A stretch of 50,971 nucleotides of DNA, taken from Methylophilaceae bacterium. GTDB taxonomy: Bacteria; Pseudomonadota; Gammaproteobacteria; Burkholderiales; Methylophilaceae. A model generated the notes under the pieces. It did not search any database. It had not been told where the DNA came from and worked only from the letters and a program-made list of their open reading frames with translations. Positions within the stretch are counted from its first letter, which is position 1. Every line of letters starts with the position of its first letter. The position numbers and the translations under genes were made by a program. Below, one piece after another: positions 43,709 through 50,971 of this stretch. Where the stretch lies: contig JBBWVM010000040.1 in NCBI GenBank assembly GCA_050256215.1, positions 1-50,971 of the forward strand, written 5' to 3'.

Positions 43709-45250
43709 TTAATTAATTTTATCGTCAGCAACATGATATTGAGGATCTTCAACCAAGTTTATTTCAATCATTCCTTTGGCTTTTTCAAGTAATTCATAAC
43801 AATCTGGACTTAGATGTTTAAGGCATAACTTTTTTTTATTTTTTTGATATTTTTCGGCTAAATTATCGATGGCAATTAAAGCTGAATGATCCATTACTCT
43901 AGCATTCATAAAATCAATAATGATTTTCTCTGGATCATTCTTGATATCAAATAAATTATTAAATTCAGTGATGGATGCAAAAAATAACGTTCCGTTGAGT
44001 TGGTATATTTTAGTACCATTTTTATCTATATTTTTTTTAACGTAAATTTGCTTGGCGTGTTCCCAAGCAAAGATTAAAGCAGAGACTATTACCCCTGTAA
44101 TAACCGCTATTGCTAAATCTGCAATAACTGTAATTCCCCCTACAAGAAGCCCAACAAAAATATCTTTTTTAGGAACCTTACCAAATAGCTTAAGCGTTCC
44201 CCATTCAAATGTTTTTTCTGCAACAACGAACATGATGCCAATCAGTACGGCCAATGGGATCATTTCAATCGATGATGCAAAAAATAATATAAATGATAAT
44301 AAAAATAATCCCGTCATAATTCCTGATAATCTTTTAATGGCACCGTTATTAATATTAATCATACTTTGCCCAATCATTGCACACCCACCCATGCCCCCAA
44401 AAAAACCTGTAATTAAATTGGCAAACCCTTGGGCCTTGGATTCTTTATTTGCGCGACCTCTAGTATTTGTCATTTCATCTATTAGATTAAGTGTTAGGAG
44501 TGATTCTATTAATCCAATTGCAGCTAATATCAATGAATAAGGCAATATAATTTTGAGTGATTCAAGCGTGAATGGAATATTCGGTATTCCAAAGCTTGGT
44601 AATGAGCCTGAAATTGAACCAAGATCACCTACGGTTTTTGTGTCGATATCAAAGAAATAAACTAACAAAGAAATAATGATAATGGAGGCAAGGGTAGAGG
44701 GGATAGCTTTAGTAAGCTTAGGAAGTAAATAAATAATTAAAATCGTTAAAGCAATTAAAATAAACATAATCATAAGGGCTTCTTGACTCATCCAAATCAT
44801 CGCGCCACTTGGAGATAATTCCTTGAAGTGATTAAATTGAGCCAGAAAGATAACTATTGCTAACCCATTTACAAATCCAAGCATTACTGGATGCGGCACC
44901 ATTCGAATAAATTTTCCAAGCTTTGCAACACCAAAGAGTATTTGTATAAGCCCCATAAGAATAACAGTTGCAAAAAGGTAATCAATACCATGCTGAATAA
45001 CAAGCGCTACCATAACGACCGCAAGTGCACCTGTTGCTCCAGAAATCATCCCAGGTCTTCCACCAAAAATTGATGTAATTAAAGCTAGAATGACTGCAGC
45101 ATAAAGCCCAACAAGTGGAGCAACATTTGCAATTAAGGCGAAGGCTATGGCTTCAGGAACCATTGCAAATGCAACAGTTAGGCCGCTTAGGATATTAGTT
45201 TTAATTTCATTGATATTGTTACCAATGAATTCATTTTTAAAATTTTGCAA
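43709..45250 (-). CDS. SulP/SLC26-family anion transporter with STAS domain
   Basis: PEAIAFA, GGRPGMISGATGA, GFVNGLA, IESLLT, GGCAMIGQS, LFFAS, D.SA in the STAS domain. Confidence 0.93.
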   Translation of the reverse strand: MQNFKNEFIGNNINEIKTNILSGLTVAFAMVPEAIAFALIANVAPLVGLYAAVILALITSIFGGRPGMISGATGALAVVMVALVIQHGIDYLFATVILMGLIQILFGVAKLGKFIRMVPHPVMLGFVNGLAIVIFLAQFNHFKELSPSGAMIWMSQEALMIMFILIALTILIIYLLPKLTKAIPSTLASIIIISLLVYFFDIDTKTVGDLGSISGSLPSFGIPNIPFTLESLKIILPYSLILAAIGLIESLLTLNLIDEMTNTRGRANKESKAQGFANLITGFFGGMGGCAMIGQSMININNGAIKRLSGIMTGLFLLSFILFFASSIEMIPLAVLIGIMFVVAEKTFEWGTLKLFGKVPKKDIFVGLLVGGITVIADLAIAVITGVIVSALIFAWEHAKQIYVKKNIDKNGTKIYQLNGTLFFASITEFNNLFDIKNDPEKIIIDFMNARVMDHSALIAIDNLAEKYQKNKKKLCLKHLSPDCYELLEKAKGMIEINLVEDPQYHVADDKIN

Positions 45251-45384
45251 TTTAATTTAACTTTCTTTCTATGATCTATTTTAAGATCGAGATTTTAACA
45301 TTTAATGTGGGAGTAAATTAATTAATAAATAACTTAACAACTATTAGTTTTTTTAATAAATTAATTTGTGCATACTAATAAAGA

Positions 45385-45888
45385 ATGATTAAATTAATTT
45401 TTATTTTAACCACTATTTTAAGCATTAGTAATGTTTATGCAGACTTATATGTAAAGGTATATAAAGTTGTTGATGGCGATACTGTTCGAGTAGTTGATGA
45501 GAAGGGGGTAAGATATAAAATAAGGTTAGTTGGAATTGATGCGCCTGAGAAAAAACAACCCTATGGAGATGAATCAACTAAGCATTTAAGAGAATTAGTT
45601 AATGGTAAGTGGGTAACAATAATTTCACCTACAAAATCTGGCTTACCATATACTATTGATCGATATCAGAGGGTTTTAGGAAAAATTATAATACATAATG
45701 AGGATATTAATTATTTGCAATTATTAAGTGGTATGGCTTGGCATTATAAGAGATACCAAAAAGATCAGTCCATTGCTGATCAACAATCTTATTCATTAGC
45801 TGAACAGGAAGCCCAATCTAAAGAGCTTGGTTTATGGGGGTCTGAAGACTCAATTGCCCCATGGAAATGGCGAAGAAAAAATAAATAA
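45385..45888 (+). CDS. Thermonuclease (SNase-like) with N-terminal signal peptide
   Basis: VVDGDT, IRLVGIDAPE.KQPYG, DRYQR, GMAWHY, GLWG...PWKWR. Confidence 0.92.
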   Translation: MIKLIFILTTILSISNVYADLYVKVYKVVDGDTVRVVDEKGVRYKIRLVGIDAPEKKQPYGDESTKHLRELVNGKWVTIISPTKSGLPYTIDRYQRVLGKIIIHNEDINYLQLLSGMAWHYKRYQKDQSIADQQSYSLAEQEAQSKELGLWGSEDSIAPWKWRRKNK

Positions 45889-45925
45889 GAAAAAAAGATT
45901 AATAATGACAATATAATTTTATTAT

Positions 45926-46450
45926 ATGAAAACAATTTTCACCTTTCTTTTTTTGGTACCTATTATTTCATTTGGGGCTTGTATGGATTTTTATAATCAA
46001 GATTTAACAACATTGCAAGGAGATAGATTTGATCTTTGTGAGTATCAAGACAAGCCTATAATAGTTGTTAATACGGCTAGTAAGTGTGGGTTTACTTCAC
46101 AATTTGAAGGTTTAGAAGCGCTTTATAAGGCGAATAAAAAAAACTTACTTATTATTGGGTTTCCCTCAAATGATTTTAATCAAGAGTTCAAAACAGACAA
46201 GGAGATCCAAGATTTTTGTAAATTAACTTACGCTGTTGAGTTCCCTATGATGAGTAAATCAAGCGTGATTGGCCCAAAAGCAAATGCAGTGTATAAAAAT
46301 TTAGAAAGAATGACTGGTAAGGCTCCAATGTGGAATTTTTATAAATTTGTTGTTTTACCCAATACTAAATCAATTCATGTTTTTTCAAGTATTGTTAGTC
46401 CTAAATCAGATAAAATTTATAGCCTGATTAAGCCTTATTTAAAGAATTAG
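45926..46450 (+). CDS. Glutathione peroxidase-family protein with N-terminal signal
   Basis: VNTASKCGFT.Q, GFPSNDF, WNFYKF. Confidence 0.92.
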   Translation: MKTIFTFLFLVPIISFGACMDFYNQDLTTLQGDRFDLCEYQDKPIIVVNTASKCGFTSQFEGLEALYKANKKNLLIIGFPSNDFNQEFKTDKEIQDFCKLTYAVEFPMMSKSSVIGPKANAVYKNLERMTGKAPMWNFYKFVVLPNTKSIHVFSSIVSPKSDKIYSLIKPYLKN

Positions 46451-47271
46451 TCTTTGATATTTTGAATATCTTTGATATTTTGAATAATAATAGCTGAGAG
46501 CTCTTCAACTGATTTTGAAGTTGAATCTGCCATTGGTACTTTTATTCTCTTCATTAATGCTTCAGCTTGACCAATCTCTTCTCTGCAATTCGCAAGTGAG
46601 GCATAGTGGCTACCAGGTCGTCTTTCACTTCTTAGTGAGTGAAGTCGTTCAGGTTTGATGGTGAGACCAAATATTTTATCAAGATATCCTTCAAGAATAG
46701 GAGGTAATGTACCTCTTTCAAAGTCTTCTGGTATGAGAGGATAATTTGCAGCTTTTATACCAAACTGCATTGCAAGCAAAATGCTTGTTGGTGTTTTTCC
46801 TGAGCGTGACACACCTACTAAAATAACTTGAGCTTGATTCAGTCCTGTGTGCGTCATTCCATCATCGTGCCCCAAAGCAAAATTAATAGCTTCCATTCTG
46901 GAACCATAATTAGTTGCAGAGATACCATGCGAGACACCTGGGCGGGTAAGGGGTGTCTCATTAAGTTCGATGCCTAAAGGATGTAAAAAAGAATCAAATA
47001 AATCAATATAGTAAGCATCGACATGTTTTAGTTCATTTCTTAGGTTTTGATTACCAATTGACATAATAACTATTGGTCTTATGTTATTTTTATGTTTGGC
47101 ATTAACGATCCTTTTTTGTGCATCTTCAATTTTGGCATGGGAATTTGTAAAAGGAATGCGAATTTGTTCAAATTCAGTACTAGGAAAATGAGATAATAGG
47201 CCACCGAGTGACCCAGCCGTGATGCCAGTTCCATCAGAAATAAAAAAAGCTGTTCGTTTAGTATGTGCCAT
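46447..47271 (-). CDS. ppsR: PEP synthase regulatory protein (kinase/pyrophosphorylase)
   Basis: ISDGTGITA, HDDG, GVSRSGKTPTS, AANYPL, SVEEL. Confidence 0.94.
   Translation of the reverse strand: MAHTKRTAFFISDGTGITAGSLGGLLSHFPSTEFEQIRIPFTNSHAKIEDAQKRIVNAKHKNNIRPIVIMSIGNQNLRNELKHVDAYYIDLFDSFLHPLGIELNETPLTRPGVSHGISATNYGSRMEAINFALGHDDGMTHTGLNQAQVILVGVSRSGKTPTSILLAMQFGIKAANYPLIPEDFERGTLPPILEGYLDKIFGLTIKPERLHSLRSERRPGSHYASLANCREEIGQAEALMKRIKVPMADSTSKSVEELSAIIIQNIKDIQNIKD
46451..46486. repeat. Exact 18-bp tandem duplication
   Basis: TCTTTGATATTTTGAATA x2, giving IQNIKD-IQNIKD at the PpsR C-terminus. Confidence 0.9.
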
Positions 47272-49635
47272 CTAATTTTGGCTTAGATCTTTCCATGTAC
47301 TAATTACTGTATCTGGATTCAATGATACCGAGCTGATACCTTGTTTAACTAACCATTGTGCAAAATCTGGATGATCAGATGGCCCTTGACCACAAATGCC
47401 AATATATTTTTTAGATTTTTTTGTTGCAGCAATGGCAATTTCAATAAGTTTAGTTACCGCTGGGTCTCTCTCATCAAATCCTTCAGCTAAAATTCCAGAG
47501 TCTCTATCAGTACCCAATGTAAGTTGAGTTAGATCATTTGATCCTATTGAGAAGCCATCAAAATATTCTAAAAATTCTTCAGCCAATATAGCATTAGAGG
47601 GGACCTCACACATCATAATAATTCTTAGGCCATTTTCTCCTCTTTTTAATCCATGATTTTTCATGATATTGGTTACAGCCCTTGCTTCATCTAAAGTTCT
47701 GACAAAAGGGATCATCAACTCAACATTTGTTAATCCCATTTCATTTCTAACTTTTAGCATGGCTTCACATTCAAGCAAGAAGCATTCTTTGAATTCTTTT
47801 GAGATATAGCGTGCAGCTCCCCTAAAGCCAATCATCGGATTTTCTTCATCTGGTTCATATATATCACCACCTACTAGTTTTTTATATTCGTTAGATTTGA
47901 AATCTGAAGTTCTTACAATAACTGGATTTGGGTAAAATGCTGAAGCAATTGTGGCTACACCTTCGGCGACCTTGTCGATATAAAACTGTTTTGGATTTTT
48001 ATAACCTCTTGATCGATGATCAATGACCTTTTGTATATCAGATGGCATTGCTTTGTAATTAATAATAGCTTTTGGATGAATTCCAATCATGTTGTTAATG
48101 ACAAACTCTAAGCGTGCAAGCCCAACACCATGATTGGGTATTTGTGCAAAAGTAAATGCCATGTCCGGATTTCCAACATTCATCATTATTTTTACTGGTG
48201 GTATTGGTAGTTCACCGTCGTCTTGAATAGTGACTTCGTATTTTAATTTTCCTTGATAAACTATACCTGTCTCACCCTCTGAACAAGATACTGTTACTAT
48301 ATCTCCGTCGTTTAGTAACTCTGTAGCATTCACACTCCCAACAATTGCAGGAATACCTAGCTCACGCGCAATAATGGCTGCGTGGCATGTTCTTCCACCT
48401 CTATTAGTTACCAAGGCAGAGGCTCTTTTCATCACAGGTTCCCAATTTGGATCTGTCATATCAGCCACTAGAACATCACCCGGTTGAACGGTATGCATTT
48501 CAGAAGGATCGCTCACAATTTTAACAGGACCAATCCCTATTTTTTGCGTGACGGCTCTCCCCGCGACTATCGCCTTTCCACTTTCTTTTAGCGTAAAAGT
48601 TTCTGTTACGTTTTTATTTTGTGATTTAACTGTTTCGGGTCTGGCTTGCAGAATATAAATTTTTCCATCAAGTCCGTTTTTCCCCCACTCAATATCCATT
48701 GGACATTTGTAATGGGATTCAATTGACATTGCATATTGTGCTAATTCCATTATGTCTTGATCATTAATACTAAATTGATCTGAATCTTTAGGATCGACAT
48801 CAATAATCTTGGTACTTAATCCAGCTTTAGTATCTTCACTAAATATCATTTTAATTTTTTTAGATCCAATAGAGCGTCTAACAATCGCAGGATATCCTAG
48901 TGCTAAAAGAGGTTTGTGTACATAAAATTCATCGGGGTTAACCGCCCCTTGAACAACAGTTTCACCTAGACCATAAGAGGCTGTAATAAATACGACATCC
49001 TTAAATCCCGATTCGGTATCGATAGTGAACATAACACCTGAACAACCAATATCACTCCTTACCATTTGTTGAATCCCTGCAGAAATGGCTACATCGGAGT
49101 GAATAAAGCCTTTATGTACGCGATATGAAATAGCACGGTCATTATAAAGAGATGCAAATACTTCTTTAATGGCATGTTTGATATTATCTACGCCATGAAT
49201 GTTAAGAAAACTTTCTTGCTGCCCAGCAAATGATGCGTCAGGTAGGTCTTCTGCAGTCGCAGATGAACGGACGGCAAAGGTTGTTCCTTTTGTTGACTTT
49301 TGGATTAGTACCTCATAATGTTTATTTATCGATTGATTTAATGATTTAGAAAAGGGCGTATCAAGAATCCATTTTCGTATTTTTTTCCCACTCTTTGCAA
49401 GCGCAATTACATCATTAGTGTCGAGATTTTCTAATTCTTTTTCGATCTGCTTATCAAGATTATTATGTGACAAAAATTCATTAAAAGCATTTGCAGTTGT
49501 AGCAAATCCGGTCGGTACCCTCACTCCCTTAGCACTCAATTGGGAAATCATTTCACCTAATGAGGCATTTTTGCCTCCGACCAAACTAACATCTTTATTT
49601 CTTAGTTTTTCAAAAGGTATAACATGGGTAGACAT
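47272..49635 (-). CDS. ppsA: Phosphoenolpyruvate synthase
   Basis: GGKNASLGEM, RSSATAED, SFAGQ, GGRTCHAAI (phospho-His), EENPMIGFRG, SIGSNDL, GICGQ. Confidence 0.98.
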   Translation of the reverse strand: MSTHVIPFEKLRNKDVSLVGGKNASLGEMISQLSAKGVRVPTGFATTANAFNEFLSHNNLDKQIEKELENLDTNDVIALAKSGKKIRKWILDTPFSKSLNQSINKHYEVLIQKSTKGTTFAVRSSATAEDLPDASFAGQQESFLNIHGVDNIKHAIKEVFASLYNDRAISYRVHKGFIHSDVAISAGIQQMVRSDIGCSGVMFTIDTESGFKDVVFITASYGLGETVVQGAVNPDEFYVHKPLLALGYPAIVRRSIGSKKIKMIFSEDTKAGLSTKIIDVDPKDSDQFSINDQDIMELAQYAMSIESHYKCPMDIEWGKNGLDGKIYILQARPETVKSQNKNVTETFTLKESGKAIVAGRAVTQKIGIGPVKIVSDPSEMHTVQPGDVLVADMTDPNWEPVMKRASALVTNRGGRTCHAAIIARELGIPAIVGSVNATELLNDGDIVTVSCSEGETGIVYQGKLKYEVTIQDDGELPIPPVKIMMNVGNPDMAFTFAQIPNHGVGLARLEFVINNMIGIHPKAIINYKAMPSDIQKVIDHRSRGYKNPKQFYIDKVAEGVATIASAFYPNPVIVRTSDFKSNEYKKLVGGDIYEPDEENPMIGFRGAARYISKEFKECFLLECEAMLKVRNEMGLTNVELMIPFVRTLDEARAVTNIMKNHGLKRGENGLRIIMMCEVPSNAILAEEFLEYFDGFSIGSNDLTQLTLGTDRDSGILAEGFDERDPAVTKLIEIAIAATKKSKKYIGICGQGPSDHPDFAQWLVKQGISSVSLNPDTVISTWKDLSQN

Positions 49636-49808
49636 CTAATATCCTTATATATGGGTAAGTAGCTTGTGATAAACAAGCCTAATATTTGTTTTATTTCAAT
49701 AAAAAATACGTAAAAACGTAATTTTGCCAAATATGAGCGCTAATGTCACCAAGATATCAAAATTAATCTTACTGTTTAATGATTAGCCAATGAAATTTGC
49801 AATATAAA

Positions 49809-49838
49809 TTGCAGAGTCATCTTGAATGTTGTTAAAAT
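49809..49838 (+). promoter_or_regulatory. Putative sigma70 promoter of tal
   Basis: TTGCAG, 18-nt spacer, extended -10 TGtTAAAAT (49830-49838). Confidence 0.5.
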
Positions 49839-49891
49839 GTTCAGTTCTATATTCTATTAATTTAAATACATAAAAACATACGGAGATACAC

Positions 49892-50842
49892 ATGGCAACA
49901 TTATTAGAACAACTTAAAACGATGACAACAATTGTTGCAGACACTGGTGAGGTTGAAGCAATTAAAACCTTAAAGCCCGTTGATGCAACGACAAACCCAT
50001 CTTTATTATTAAAAGCAAGCCTGCTTCCTCAATGTGAGCCAATGATTGTTGAGGCGATTGCTTATGCTAAAGGAAATAGCTCAGAGAAGGGTCAGCAAAT
50101 TGAAGATGCCGCGGATAAACTTGCAGTGTTGGTTGGGTTAGAGATACTGAAGCATGTTCCAGGACGTATTTCAACTGAAGTAGATGCAAGCCTATCTTTT
50201 AATATTGATAAAATGGTAGTTAAGGGCAAAAAACTTATCGCACTTTATAATGAAGCTGGTATTACTAATGACCGCGTATTAATTAAATTAGCTTCTACAT
50301 GGGAAGGTATTAAGGCAGGGGAGATACTTGAAAAAGAAGGTATTAATTGTAATCTAACTTTATTATTTAGTTTTGCACAAGCGAGAGCTTGCGCCGAAGC
50401 GGGGGTATTTTTGATTTCACCTTTTGTAGGTCGTATCTTAGATTGGTACAAAGCTAAAACAGGCGAAGAATATACTCAGGAAACTGACCCAGGGGTTATT
50501 TCTGTGAGAGCTATTTACAATTGGTATAAAGAACGCGGATTTAAAACGGTTGTAATGGGCGCTTCTTTTAGAAATATCGGCGAATTGATTGCTCTAGCGG
50601 GTTGTGATCGTTTAACAATCGCACCAGCATTACTACAAGAATTAGAATCAACCGAAGGAAACCTTGCTCAAGTACTTAAGGATAATGGCGTAACAACTGA
50701 GAAGCCTGCTAAATTAGAAGAAGATCAATTTAGATTTGATCATAATGAGGATGCAATGGCTACAGAGAAACTTTCTGAAGGGATTCGTAACTTTATTATC
50801 GATCAAAATAAATTAGAAGCTGCACTTGCTGAGAAACTATAA
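49892..50842 (+). CDS. tal: Transaldolase
   Basis: [51 protein letters not shown]; GGAG RBS. Confidence 0.98.
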   Translation: MATLLEQLKTMTTIVADTGEVEAIKTLKPVDATTNPSLLLKASLLPQCEPMIVEAIAYAKGNSSEKGQQIEDAADKLAVLVGLEILKHVPGRISTEVDASLSFNIDKMVVKGKKLIALYNEAGITNDRVLIKLASTWEGIKAGEILEKEGINCNLTLLFSFAQARACAEAGVFLISPFVGRILDWYKAKTGEEYTQETDPGVISVRAIYNWYKERGFKTVVMGASFRNIGELIALAGCDRLTIAPALLQELESTEGNLAQVLKDNGVTTEKPAKLEEDQFRFDHNEDAMATEKLSEGIRNFIIDQNKLEAALAEKL

Positions 50843-50869
50843 ATAAATTGCATGCTTCAATAGACAGTA

Positions 50870-50898
50870 TTGACATCTGTAAGTTGAAGCTATATCAT
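50870..50898 (+). promoter_or_regulatory. Putative sigma70 promoter for a gene beyond the window end
   Basis: TTGACA (50870-50875), 17-nt spacer, TATCAT (50893-50898). Confidence 0.6.
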
Positions 50899-50915
50899 TT
50901 TGATCTGCTCAACTG

Positions 50916-50936
50916 AAGTGAAAGTATCACTTTTTT
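50916..50936 (+). terminator. Possible weak intrinsic terminator
   Basis: AAGTGA-AAGTA-TCACTT hairpin running into a T tract. Confidence 0.4.
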
Positions 50937-50971
50937 ACGTAGATTTTATAAATTAAAGAATAAATTGGGAG

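Noticed and set aside
44052-44540. 162-aa antisense ORF inside SulP
   Set aside because: Shadow ORF of a hydrophobic membrane-protein gene; no RBS or motif.
25096-45384. Active integrative element or prophage at tRNA-Ser
   Set aside because: No integrase, transposase, phage gene or att duplication was seen; kept only as a possible ancient island.

Overview
AT-rich, very tightly packed chromosomal segment of a streamlined betaproteobacterium. Gene content and order suggest Methylophilaceae of the OM43/Methylopumilus type; this is inference, not a search result. Positions 1-22.9 kb are housekeeping: hisS (partial), two orphan peptide-ABC ATPases, yfgM-bamB-der, bamD, rluD-pgeF (frameshifted), a ZIP transporter, rimO, gltX, hfq-hflXKC-DUF2065-hisZ-purA, mtaD-ubiG-gph, recR-ybaB-dnaX and the SRP RNA. 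Next come an aldehyde dehydrogenase/DUF779 pair and tRNA-Ser(GGA). An ~18.5 kb carbon-metabolism block follows, made of two divergent operons around a GntR (SdhR-like) regulator. The left operon encodes a CitE-family enzyme, a mesaconyl-CoA hydratase, a CitE-family lyase, prpB-prpC-prpD (split) and acs. The right operon encodes gntR, a short malic enzyme, sdhCDABE, a third CitE-family lyase, an acyl-CoA ligase and a class I fumarase. The window ends with SulP, a thermonuclease, a glutathione peroxidase, ppsR-ppsA and tal. The most interesting signal is that the block, with aldB, acs and ppsA, encodes a coherent enzyme set for an isocitrate-lyase-independent acetyl-CoA assimilation cycle, coupling a citramalate/mesaconate branch to the methylcitrate cycle (hypothesis). 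I saw no mobile elements, CRISPR arrays or rRNA.
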